Part shown: piece after piece, positions 1-28,478 of the stretch
How the letters are laid out: each line of letters opens with the position of its first letter
Numbering within the stretch: the first letter of the stretch is position 1
NCBI GenBank assembly: GCA_963693365.1
Contig: CAVNZM010000004.1
Coordinates: 4,652,564 to 4,716,563, forward strand
Reading direction: 5' to 3'
Source: Amoebidium appalachense
Lineage: Eukaryota > Protista > Ichthyosporea
Length of the DNA: 64,000 bases
Notes under the pieces: model-generated
Databases searched by the model: none
The model's input: the letters and a program-made list of their open reading frames with translations, nothing else
What the model was told of the DNA's origin: nothing
Position numbers and translations under genes: made by a program

Positions 1-123
1 CTCCTCTCCTCTCGCTACCATCACCACAGTTGGTATCTATCTACTCTCTTTTTCCTCTACCTCGTCGTCTTCCAACACACACACACGTACACACACACGC
101 GCGCGCACGCGCACGCGCACGAA

Positions 124-173
<50 letters not shown>

Positions 174-526
174 ACACCCACACCCACACACACACACACA
201 CACATGATCACGTGCCCACACACACAACCCCCTTCCTTCATGAAGGGTCACTCACACTCATCCTCCCATTTCATCAAACCGTGCCCCGATTGGAGAGAGA
301 AGAGTATAAACCGCAGAGAAAGCAAGAAGAACAATCACTCACTGCCAATAAACAAAACAGAGGGGATGGACAAAAGGAAAACCGAAGACAAAAACATAGT
401 TTCCTCCCTCATCCTCTCGATTTTCTTTTCGGCCATGTGTCTCGTCTAGTGGTGGTGGTGGTAGTGATGGTGCTTGGGAAGAGGAGGAAGGGAAGGGAAG
501 GAAGGAAGGGGGGAGGGGGGACAAAC

Positions 527-695
527 GGTTCTGAAAACTGTGTGGGAACGACTGCTGCGTTCATTCATGTTTGTCTCTCCGATGTGCCTGTTGGCTGTGA
601 GGAAAAGGCAGTGAGACTCTCTCTCTCTCTCTCTCTCTCTCCCCCCCCCCCCCCCCCCTCCTCCTCCTCCCCTCGCCACTCCCCCCCCCCCCCCC

Positions 696-738
<43 letters not shown>

Positions 739-1473
739 AGTGACACCCTTCTCCGTTCCCTCTTGGCACTCTTCTTTACCTCCATGTCATTCGGTAAAAC
801 GTAATGAACTTTCTCCACGCCATAGCCATTCTCTTCGGGCCCTACCTCTCACACCCCATACGAATCTCACCTAAAAAACTTCTGCATTATTGCCAAGCAC
901 ATTCAGGCAATTACAGTAGATCGATTCAGACAGAAAGGTAAAGACTTGCCCCCCCCCCTCCCCCCCCCCCCCCCCCCCAACCCCACCAAACCAACCCCAC
1001 CCACCCCCCGAACTCTGCACACCCCCCCCCCCCCCCCCCCCCCTCCCCCTCCCCCTCCCCTTTCCAGTTGAGCTATTCTTGCCTGTATGAACAGTCACAG
1101 AAAGGTATCGGCAAAGCAAGATGGGAATTCTTTTTATAAAAAGACACTCCGTTTATCTCACAGATATCCACTCTGCCCATCAGATATCTAGCTATTATCA
1201 ACCAGGAATTTCACCCTATCCAAGATGCTTCCAAGCTGTCCGTTAGACCTCTAATTATTATCCAACAGTTATCCCGTTATATCCCCCATATATCCCCTCT
1301 GTTTCACCCTAGACCCACCTTCCCCCGTCTCCATGTGCTTCAGAACCTCCTCCGGTGTCTCGGCAACAATCTCCGTCAGATTGTCTACAAAGATGCCACG
1401 CTGGAATGGTGGGAGTGAAGCGTGAGGAGGGAGAGAGGATCAGAGCAAATGGGAGGTGTACGGTGTACGGTGT

Positions 1474-1521
<48 letters not shown>

Positions 1522-2629
1522 TGGGGGTGGGAGGGGGGGGGGGGGGGATGGAAAGAACGTGTTTGGAGGTGGGGGGGGGGGGGGGGAGGGGGGAGTGAAG
1601 GAGGGGGGGGGGGGGGGGGAAGGAGGGGGGGGGGGGGAGTGAGGCAAAGGGGGGGGGGGGGGGGGGGGGAGAGGCGTGGACCGTTCACATCACAGCACTA
1701 CTTGGTGCACATAACGTGCCACCAGGTTCCTTTAGCCCTCGAATGTTCCCCCCTGAAAAAGAAGCCCATTTTATTGAACACTATTGCAAAGTATATCTCC
1801 AACACCTCGCCATTTCCAGCACTAATGGCTAATCTCAATAATCAACTTAGAAAGGGATGTCGGCAAAACCCCCCTTGCCTCCCCAGTCAGACCACACACA
1901 CACACACACACACACAATCGCATACCTCCAGGCTCTCTCTGACGCTCAAATCCTTTGCACGGGGGTTGAGCAGGTCCGTAATCTTCTCGTTGTAAATTTC
2001 CATATAGGACACCCTCAGGGTAAATTTGCGATCGGGAACCTGCAAAAAATAAAATAAAGGGGGGAATAAAACGGCCAGCCACAGAAAAATCAGCACTTGG
2101 AATCCACTGGATATACACTGTAGCCCCCCCTTGCAGTGTATACCATAGCACCAGACGGTCACCTGAAGTCATAAAGCCATTTTCACTTTGTGCACATCTA
2201 TGCTTGCAGTTGGGTCACTTGATTCTGGTTCTAAAGAAAAAAGGGTCAAGGAATGAGTGAATGTTGCACAAGCCACTCATGTGTGTGTGTTCCTTTCTTT
2301 TTTAACAAACCGCCCTTTCTTGCTTTCTGAACAAAGCAGAATGGTACTCTTGAGGACAGAGAAAACATAGGCATAACATGAGAACTTCGACTTTTTCTCT
2401 TTTTGTATGTGTGTGCATGTGTTCGTGTTTGGGGAAACCGGCCGGGTGGAGGGGGTAGCGTGAGGGGGAGGGGGGAGGGGAGGGGAGGGGAGGACACGTA
2501 CAGCAGCCATGGTTGTGAATATTTCCTTAACGGCAAGTTCCATCACCCCGGGGTTTCCTGCCCCACCCTTCATGGTGTAGGTCTTGCCTGACGAGGTCTG
2601 GCCGTACGCAAATATCGTCCCTGTTTGTG

Positions 2630-2721
<92 letters not shown>

Positions 2722-3063
2722 TGTGCGTGTGTGTGCGTGTGTTGAGGGGGACGGGTCGGTATGTGTGTGTAAGGGTGGCGGGGGCAGGGAGGGGGGGGGG
2801 GGGGGGGGGGGGGTTGCATGTTTGATGGGGAAAAGTTCAATGTGTGTGTACGTGTGTGTGAGTGTGAATGAGTGTGTGTGTGAGTGAATGAGTGTGTGTG
2901 TGAGCCTCGTGTGTGTGTGACTATGTTTATGATGTGCTTGCTGCATCGTTTCTTCCCCAGTTCGCAAATCATAAGAACTATGTACAAAAAATGGAGATAG
3001 TATAAGGAGGGCAGCTGGTTCGTAACGTTGAGTAGCTTTGTTTGATGTCTGAAAGGTGATGGG

Positions 3064-3099
<36 letters not shown>

Positions 3100-3355
3100 A
3101 GGGGGGGGGGGGGGGGGGGGGGGGGAATGCAGTTACGAGAGAATCTCTAAGACTATATGCCATGTGCGGCGTTTTTTTATGTAGCCGTGTGTATGTTCCG
3201 TCTTGATTCCGAGATGTCCATGCTTGATGTATCAAAGGACCAAGAGATGGAAGCTAATGACGACGTCGGGAATAAAGAATCAACAAGGTGGGTGGACAGA
3301 TGTGTGTGCGAGAAGTGAGAGGAGAGGGGTGTGTTGCGTGTGTGTGCGTGTGTGT

Positions 3356-3386
<31 letters not shown>

Positions 3387-4143
3387 AAAGGAAATCACAT
3401 ACCGTTCACACCATCTACGGTGGACAGGACAATGTCCCTCGCCACCCATTCGTAGACTTCTGCGTTGGTAGAGTTCGTGCCAAATACACGGTCTGTTTTA
3501 TCCCGAAGGAGATGTCAGAAAAGACTCACGCTGCTCTGCCCTCAACTCCTTGTTGAACATGACCAGAAACCACAAGGGAATCCTTACTGGGAAAGATGTT
3601 TCTACAACAGGTAATATATTATCCAGCACCCACACTTATGGTTGTCGTTACAGGTCTTACAAAGCCCAGAAAGAAAAGCGATACCAGATGACACGACCAG
3701 GATTGGGTTTCACACAGAGGGAAAAGACTCTTTTTAGGGGGTAGCACCCACCAAACGTAAAGGTGCTCGGTCCCCCGCGGCCGCCTGACTGGTAGGTGAT
3801 GGCATTCTCGGTAACCTCCCAGCAAGTGCCTTGGTCGTTGTTTATTTCCCTGAATTAAGTTAAAAATGTCAACAGCATGTTTCCCACACGTTAGAATCGG
3901 TGTTCATTTTTCGAACAAGAGCTTCAGCGAGAACCCATATGTTCTCTCTGGATCCATTAAGAGTTAGCCCGAATAGATGATCAACCAGATGTGAATCACT
4001 TCAATAGCCACTCAAGCGCCCATTATTGGTGTTGGCATTCTCACCTACACGCTCAAAGGTCCACTCTTGCACAAAAAGAGCTGGCCCACTCACCTTTGGT
4101 TAAGAGGGCGAACCCTCAGAGCTACGTGGATGTTGTCACTCAT
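527..4143 (-). CDS. Kinesin motor protein, kinesin-7/CENP-E-like (N-terminal motor domain; 3' part continues beyond the left window edge)
   Basis: GT-AG exons 4094-4143, 3752-3849, 3403-3492, 2502-2620, 1926-2039, 1319-1400 and 527-594 splice in frame to MSDNIHVALRVRPLNQR...FTFDRVF...GVNGTIFAYGQTSSGKTYTM (P-loop)...LRVSYMEIYNEKITDLL...NRHIGETNMNERSSRSHTVFR (switch I). GQTSSGKT and ETNMNERSSRSH are typical of kinesin-7. Confidence 0.93.
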
Positions 4144-4821
4144 TCTTGTTCTGATCCTTTGACATGCACATGCTTAGGTACCCACGGATATTAATCCCCT
4201 TGGCTACTCATATTTTCACGTTCCTGTATCTCTTATCTATGAGGCGGTGGTCAGCAGCCGCAAGCTGTGCTATTTAGTTCAGATTCATTCATGAACGTGT
4301 TAAAGCTGTCATAGAAATCACATGTTGTGTGAATACTGTGTGGAAGCCCAGCGGTATTCACGTCAAATTCATGCATGACACTATTTCTCCTTTAGACTGT
4401 AACTACTTGTGTATGCCATGTGCACATTGTCAGGACTGCTTCGGTCGATTTGGCGGAAAATGTTTTCATTACGTAAAAAGGCACCCAGTGGCTCGAACAA
4501 GAAGCTTGCCCAGAGCTTTTTCTATGTTCGTTATCAGTGAATTCAAATCTGGCGCCAAGACCTAAAATGGCATTGGTGCCCTAAGTTTACGGTTTGCGCA
4601 ATCATGACGTCATCATTTGGGGCGAAGAGCTGCTTTGCAAGACACATATGAGGCTTGGCCATGGCCTAGTCACTTGCCAACTCCAAAGCATATAGTAGTA
4701 CGTATACATCTTGTAACACACAACCATTTTATTTATAGTCTTATCAAACACAGTCTCAGCTAGTTAGTAAAGAGGGTAGTTCAACTTCCTACTAGTTTAG
4801 TGGTAACGCGAGTAGGGCAAG
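4144..4821. promoter_or_regulatory. Divergent (bidirectional) promoter region between the kinesin and NDOR1 start codons
   Basis: 678 bp of repeat-free DNA between head-to-head ATGs. Contains an E2F-like TTTGGCGG (~4449), a minus-strand TTGGCGC-N4-TTTGAA (4542-4558), a minus-strand CCAAT (4572-4576) and the CRE palindrome TGACGTCA (4605-4612). Confidence 0.6.
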
Positions 4822-20756
<15,935 letters not shown>

Positions 20757-21144
20757 GCAGAGCTTTTTTGTGTTGATGGGAAGAAAAAAAAAAGGGGGGG
20801 GGGGGGGGGGGGGGGGAGGAGCTGGCCCCTTGCATGTTTTTCTTAAAAAAGTTTGTTTTGGTGGATTCTATGTGTATGATATGTAAAGGGCTAGGTGGGA
20901 CGTGAAACAGGACGACCAAACTTGTGTATGCTTCTATTGTGTTGTTGTTGAATTCGAACAAATGTTCATGGCCATGAGGCAGCTATATCGGGCATGAAGG
21001 TGTGTGTAGGGAGGGACCCTTTGATGTTTTATAGATGAATGTAGTCATAACAGTCTTTTGTTGAGATATAGATCGTCGATAGTAACCACATACAGTCTCG
21101 TGCACAAATGCATTGATTGCACAAAGAAACACACACACACAGTG

Positions 21145-21186
<42 letters not shown>

Positions 21187-21606
21187 GTAGGCACCGTGGC
21201 GCACGTATGCTTGGAGTTAATCATTGTAATCTAATACAATTGTTCATATTATAATGGGCCTCGTGCTCTGAGTCGTAGGCACGACCGCTTTTTTCGAGTG
21301 GTCAGCGGTGACTTCTGCATTTCTGTAAAATGTATAATACCGTGATGCATCATGAGCATGTGCTTTTACCAACTGATGTGCATGCGCAGTCGTGTTGATT
21401 CAACATTCCCCGCCCCTCCCCCTACATCCACCCCCCTCCTTCCCCAACACACACACTCTCTCTCTCTCTCTCGCTCTACACACACACACTCCCTCCCTCC
21501 CTCCCTCCCCCCCCCCCCCCCCCTCCCCCTCCCTCCCTCCCTCCCTCCCTCCCTCCCTCCCTCCCTCCCTCCCTCCCTCCCTCCCTCCCTCCCTCCCTCC
21601 CTCCCT

Positions 21607-21640
<34 letters not shown>

Positions 21641-23236
21641 AGACTCTCTCAGACCAGAGTAGATCTGATATAATATTGGCTAATTCTGGACAAGGTGCAT
21701 GCAGTGAGTGCCATGGGTCAACTAAACGAGGGCTGCTGCTGACGTCATAATAGGGTATTGCTGTGCCCTACAATAGCTGAAGAAGCTAGGCCATGATGAT
21801 AGCCGCCGGTTAACTCCCCACAATTATAGGTATGTACAGGCATGCGCTTATTACACTGGGCTGTTGCAGTGCTCACAGGACACAGATGGACAGCATGACG
21901 CAAGCACTCAGATCTGCACAAAAATCAAAACTGCATCGTGATCACGCATCCGGCACGTTCTACGGCTGACTCAGGCTGTGCCCTCTTCTGGCCAGGCCTG
22001 GGCCAATTCACATAGGCTACATATCTTCCTGAAAATTAAGTTCAAACATTTCCGGAAGATCCTCTGAGAGTGCCTCATGGGGTAGCAGTGTGACTTCAAA
22101 GGTTGCAGTTCATTTCATGAGTGCACTGTCCTCTGATACCTTTTCAAGACCCCACATACGTGTTACAGCAGTCCCTCTAAAAATAAACCTTATTATATGA
22201 CTAAGCTTTAATTAAAGCTAATAAAAGCAGCTTTATTATCGATTTAACAGTATAATGATGAGTGATACGAAGGCAACGCCGCAACGGTAACGAAAATAGA
22301 GAATGGGTAAAGATGAAATTCAGAAAAGACCGCAAATTTAAAACGTTCAAGAACCCCAACTCTCGTTACGTCATTCACATATCGTTAAATCTAATGCGCC
22401 AATCACAAAGCGTCAAGACTCAAGGGGTTCATGTATCCAATCAAAACATCAGGAAGCACCTTTTTGCTTCGTAAGATGAAGCTTAACCCTAGTGAAACTG
22501 TATTTTTACAACGATATTATAGGTATTGCAAATTTACGAATTGAACTAATAAGATCTCTTTATGCTAACGGCATAGAGAATGCGTGATAACTCACCAATA
22601 ACGGCTGTAATGAACCCACGCGCGTATGGGAGTCTCCTGGACATGGCGTGTTGTTATGTCAGAATGCTGTATCTATTTGAAAGCAATTCCTGTATAGTTA
22701 TGGCTATTTTAAAATTTAACAGCACACAATTCGAATGCAAATGTAGTTCAGAAATAACAAGCCAAGCTTTTGCAGATGAAACTTCCTTTGGCCAATCACA
22801 CTTCTTCAACTTGTGTTTAAAACATTCTGAGCCATGGCCTCGGCAGCAATGGTCACGTTTTGCTGACGTAGTTCAGCTGAATAGCGGTTTCTTTTCATTT
22901 TTCGCGAAATAACGAACCGTTTTCCCGGTTGTAGGCGGTCGACACCCCTTCTGGTAGTACCCCAACTAGCGCGTACAGCGCTTCGGTAACAATGAAACCT
23001 GTGCGCTATCGTATAGAAAACTTCGCGGGCGATCGCCCGAATCATTTATTTATCTTTGGCATTTGCCTTAAAAAACGGTACAATACGATTGGATTCGCAT
23101 CTGAGATATTTGTCCCAGCCAATAGTCGCATAGTTCTTATCGGGTTAAGATGAAACCCCTGTCACTCAATCAATCACTTAACGTTAGTTTTGTTGTGGAT
23201 TTTTTGTTTATTTTTTTGGTGAAAAGAAAGTTGAAA

Positions 23237-24798
23237 ATGCTCTACTTCGTGCTGCTTCTACTTTTTGGCGCGGCCACACACACCGCCACGGCGTGCTCGT
23301 GCATGCGCAGGACCCTGTGTGAGCAGCTGAACGAAAAATACACACCCTATGTGGTGAACGCCTCGGCAGTTTCCACTGGAAGGTACATGGTTGCCAAAAC
23401 TTTCTCAACCTTTTCATTTCGTTTTTTATATGCCCGTCAACCTGATCACACGACATGATGCTGTGATGTTGTCCTGTCGTTTGAATTTCTAGTTGTATGA
23501 TATATACCTGTTGTGGGTTGAGTTAAAGCTGTGCAAGTAAGCCGGTGATTTTCCACCAGCCGGCGGGAAGTCATCCTGTTTTAGAACAAGGACTAAACCA
23601 GTGCACCCTTTTCATGCACACGTACAGGACTGCAGAGGGAGAGACCTTCATGGTCATCCGTGTGAAGAGAAACGTCAAAGGCAAACTGCGTGTGGTGAGC
23701 AGCCCCCCTACCCCCAACCCCCCCCCCCCCCAACCCCTGTCCCTCCCCCCCCCCCTCCCCCCCCCCCCCCCTCGAATGTTTGCCTTTGCATGTGTCCTTC
23801 GTGTATGTGTACTTCGTACCGTGTTCCGCATTCAACCCCCCCCCCCTTCTCCCCGGGCCCCTTCCCGTCCCCCCGGATCCTCTCCCCTCGGTCCCCGCCC
23901 CGGCCCTGTCCTTTCGATTTCCTTTGCTGAACAGCTCGTGATTCCCACAGACCCTCTATCTAACGTTTATTTTGCTGCTTTTTCTGAATACAATATGAAA
24001 CTCTCCTTGTCTCTGGTCCGTGCTTTCTGTCTTTTGATCTTGTGCGATAACATTCTCACTTGCTCACCAAGGTGTCAATCACAGAATGCTCGTTATAGAG
24101 TGAAAACAGGCGAGAGCGCCTTGTGCCACATATCTGCCTTGCCTCTGCGCACCCCTTCCATCATCAGTCTCCGCTTCTCCCCAAACGCGCCCATCCAATT
24201 GTCCGGCTCGCTCTGCAGCTTCAACGCTCAAGTTTCCTCTCTTACAAGCGAACAAAACAGAATCCTCTTGAACTATCCCGCATCATGTCAAGAGCCCACC
24301 TGCCCCCCAGGCACACCACAGGTGAAGTGCCTTGTCGACCCTTGCACAACGGCAACCTGTGCAGGTTATGATACAGCAGTGTGCCGTGCTGATTACTGCG
24401 GTGGATGCAACGCGCGTTTCTACGTTGATGGGAAGGAGGTGACCTGTAATACCGCACCCTCCACGCCGTCAGGCTCTAATACTTGCCCTTCTGGGGTGAA
24501 TCCTGTTCAGTGCTTGGTCAACCCATGCACTAATCTTCGTTGTGCCGGGAACCCAATGGCTTCATGTGTGCCGGATTATTGCGGTGAATGCAGTGCACGA
24601 TTTTACGACAAGGCTGGGAGGGAGGTGTCGTGCGAGATTAACGGCATGTGCCCGGATGGGTCCCCCGGTGTGAGGTGCCTGGCTGACCCGTGCACGGTGA
24701 ACAAGTGTGCTGCATACCCCAAGGCAACATGCGTTTCCGACTATTGTGGTGGCTGCAATGCGAGCTTCTATGTAGACGGGAAACTGGTAGCTTGCTAG
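23237..24798 (+). CDS. Secreted TIMP/NTR-like domain protein with three C-terminal 8-Cys repeats (~308 aa)
   Basis: Exons 23237-23382, 23628-23694 and 24085-24798 splice in frame. Signal peptide MLYFVLLLLFGAATHTATA is followed by CSC. VKTGESALC and SLCSF...SSLTSEQ...YPASC follow TIMP N-domain patterns (6 Cys). Three CP..C..[DN]PC....C.......C..DYCG.C.A.FY.......C repeats follow. Confidence 0.8.
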
Positions 24799-25796
24799 TA
24801 AGGCTACATATTATATTTTTTTCCACAAATAGGGAGTTGTGATATGTACAGTATGTACCGTAGTAGTGCCTACAACGAGATTTTGGAGTCTGTGAGATTT
24901 GTAGATTAGAATGGGCATTTAATTAGCAAAAATGCCCAGAGATAAGGAAACACAAGAACGCAAATGCTAGGGTGTACCGATACCACGTTCGGTTAGCCTG
25001 TCGTGCTTTGTATGTGAGGGCATACAGGCTATGTATGAGGATTCGTTTGCCATGAGTTTGTAGAATAAAGCCTTCACACTTATGCGTCCTTGCTGACACA
25101 ATTGGCAATAATAACAAACGAGATGCATCCTTAACACCGGCAGATGACAACGTGATGGTTCTGAAAGGCACCCTGCCCACCGGGTTTTTTGTGGCTGTCT
25201 AGCTCTTTGGCTCAGGTACTGGGTCCGGCCGTCAATTCTGTTTGGCAAGTAGCAATGTACAGATGCATGGACGTAAAGACGTGTGTTTACTTTAGCTGCA
25301 TGGACGTAAAGGCGCTGGCACGTACTGACGGTGCCTGGGCTGCTTTGAACTTCACGTTCGCCTCAAACCCATTCTATTTTTCCTTACACTCTCGCGACCG
25401 CGTGCATAGCTTTCTCTCGCGGCGGCTCTACGGTCCCGAGAGTCCAGTGTTCGCTGTGTGTGTAAGGAAAAATACGAGTCACCTCAGTAGGTGACAGGTA
25501 AAGGCGTGTCTTAACTTTAGATCTGCAGCTCAAGTAAGTTTAATTCCCAAGCCTTACCGGTAGTACATCTCAGGGCAGCGAGGTAAGGCTGGGTGGACTC
25601 CGGAGAGAACTGGTGTAGGTTTGTGTTACACCTGACGGTAAAGGACGCCACGGCCGGGGAGGGGGAGGGGGGGGGGGGGGGGGGACTTGTGGCAACCTAT
25701 CTTTCAGTACATGCTACTATATAACTGCAAAGGAAGGAGTGCCATGATGGGTCTTCTTTTTTTTTTTTTTTTTTTTTTTTTCCCTTATAGGTGGTG

Positions 25797-25858
<62 letters not shown>

Positions 25859-26401
25859 AGGGGGGGAGGGGGCGGTGGGTGGAGCCGCGGGAAGAGGGGG
25901 AAGGGGGGGGAGGGGGAGGGGATGGCGGGGGGGAGGGGGGAGGGGGGAGGGGGGGGAGGGGGCATCCGATTACAGCGAAAAAAATTACTAAAAGAAATTA
26001 CACTTTTCAGTGAACTCTGAAAAAGACTTTCATTGAGGGAGGGTAAGGGTTGGGTGGGCGGGCGGATGAGTGGGTGGGTTGGCGGGGGGGTTGGGGGGAG
26101 GGGAGGGGAGGGGAGGGGGAGGGAGGGGGGGGGTGGGGGGAGGGGAGGGGAGGGGGGAGGGGGGGGGGGGGGAAGGAAGGAGAGCCAGGGGGAAAGGGAG
26201 GAGGGGGAGCTGTGCGGTGGGCGGCATCTTGAAGCATAGCGGTGGGGGAAGAAAAGGGGCCCTCGGGGGGAGGGGGGAGGGGGGGGGGAGGGGGGGGGAG
26301 GGTGCAAGCTTTGAAACAGGAAGGCGAGTCCGGGGGGGGAAGGAACTGGGACGGGGGGGGCCGAGATGTTGTGAGTAGTGAAGGGCTAGAGGGAGGGCGG
26401 G

Positions 26402-26434
<33 letters not shown>

Positions 26435-27843
26435 TCTTAATTATGTCTAAGATAACATGACTGTATAAACAAAAAAAGTTGGGTAAAGAAAAAGCTTCAT
26501 AGCTTTACGTCCTTCCAAGAAGGTAAGCAACACAGCAGCACTGGTCAAAGTGGCCAGCACTGGTCTCACTTCGGTATGTTTGCACTCTGTGCATCTGTCA
26601 CATGCTGTTTCAACCCTGGCCTCCCAAAGAAATGGTTGGATGACCGTCAGTGACGTAAGCTTTATACTAGGCGCAACCTACCACCTACTGAGGCGGTGTC
26701 TCCTTTCTTTTTTTTTTTTTTATCCTTTTTTTTTAACTTAAAAGGGACCGCCTGAGTAGATGTTAAAACGTCGCACGTGCGGCAATACGTCAGTACGTGT
26801 TAGAGGCGCAACACGAATTACAGCAACTTGCTCATTTGGGTCTAGTGTATCAGGTAATCATACGCAAACCAAGAAGCTTTTCTCCCGTCACATTTTCCTG
26901 CGTAGCAGTTGGGCCCTTCAGCACCTTTACCTGGTTGCAATTTGCTTTGCTAACGACTGAGTCTACGCATGCAGGCGCCGCAGTCAACCTCACATCTACT
27001 ACTGATTTGCCCGTGCGCTTCGGCCAAATTCACTGCACTGAAAACCGTGTCCGTGCCCTGATAGAATGTCTTCCCCATCCGTCGTCCGCGCTGCTGCGCG
27101 CGCCTTAGGCAACCTGACCAGTCGACCCACCCTGCAAGCAACCCTCTCTCCGCCTGCCCCTATGTCCCCACCTCCTGCCCAGGCAATGGCTCGTGCAGCT
27201 GGGGAGAAAGCGGCGACAAACACTGCTTCTCCACAAGAGCCCGGCCACCTACATTGTTTATCTGGAATGCACTTTATCCAATGCAAATGACTTGAAATCA
27301 ATCCTGTGTCTGTGATGCTGGAAGAAAGATTTAACGCCTTTTACAACAGTTATTACTACATGCCGAAAGTTTTAGATAGTATTGACGACTCAAATAAAAT
27401 TCCGAGAGTGAATGTACCAAGCTTCGAACTAACTTAGTGCACGTCACTGGTGATGAACCTCCTGACTGCTCCTGCATATTTCTACCATTTACTTCATGTT
27501 GATGGGTAGAGAAGAATACTGCTGCACACTAATAAACTGCTTCTTGATCCAACACATAGCTTTTTAAATACGCCGTGCGCGTGTACGAATGATTAACCAT
27601 TATTGATGTGTTTTACGATTGTCGCATGATTCAATGGCATGGCTTTGGGGACTTGCTCAAGCGCTGCGCTTTATTGATCTTTTGTGGCAAAAACAATCTT
27701 TAACGATGTGACATTTGGCGCCCTCTCTTATACATGATGCAACTGAGTCTCGCCCCACCTCCTCCCTCCCCTCCAGTAAAGTACAAAAGTCCCCCCTTCC
27801 TCCTCCCCCCCCCCTCTCCCCCCCCTTGCCACACACACGCTGC

Positions 27844-27891
<48 letters not shown>

Positions 27892-27928
27892 ACACACATA
27901 GGGAGAGAGAGAAAAAGAGAAAGACACA

Positions 27929-28006
<78 letters not shown>

Positions 28007-28136
28007 GTGATACAAATGGGAGGAGGATTTGAGGGGACGGCCAAATGGCGGGGGGAGGGCCTGGGGAGGGAAGGGAGAGGAGGGGGTGCCACTCAGTGGG
28101 TGGGGTGGGTGGGAGGGCCCGAGGGGGGAGGGGTGC

Positions 28137-28167
<31 letters not shown>

Positions 28168-28440
28168 GTGATATGGGATGGGGTTTCGTCTTGCGGAAGG
28201 GTTACTGGTGTAGGTCATGAGGGGACGGGGGGGGGGGGGGGGGTGGAGGAGGGGGAGGGGTCGATTTCGCAACCGGAGAATGGGAGAACGGGTTGAGGGG
28301 AAGGCCAGAAAGAAAGGAGGGGGCGGGGTGGAGCTGGGTGGGGGGGGGGGGGGGGGGGGGGAAGGGGGAGGTTAGAAGGTGGGGTTTGGCATCGGGGAAT
28401 GAGTACCAGAAGAACGGTTATGTTGTGTTTGTGTGGGGAG

Positions 28441-28478
<38 letters not shown>

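Noticed and set aside
22480-22494. TTAACCCTAG resembling a telomerase template or telomeric seed
   Set aside because: It is a single partial match of chance-level length with no supporting structure.
25461-25510. GTAAGGAAAAATACGAGTC resembles the U12 snRNA branch-point-binding region
   Set aside because: There is no TGCCTTAAA-like 5' end and no Sm site at the expected distance; the match is explained by the local inverted repeat.
27066-27290. 74-aa Ala/Pro-rich ORF (MSSPSVVRAAARALG...)
   Set aside because: It is short with no recognisable motif or supporting exon structure, so it cannot be supported as a gene.
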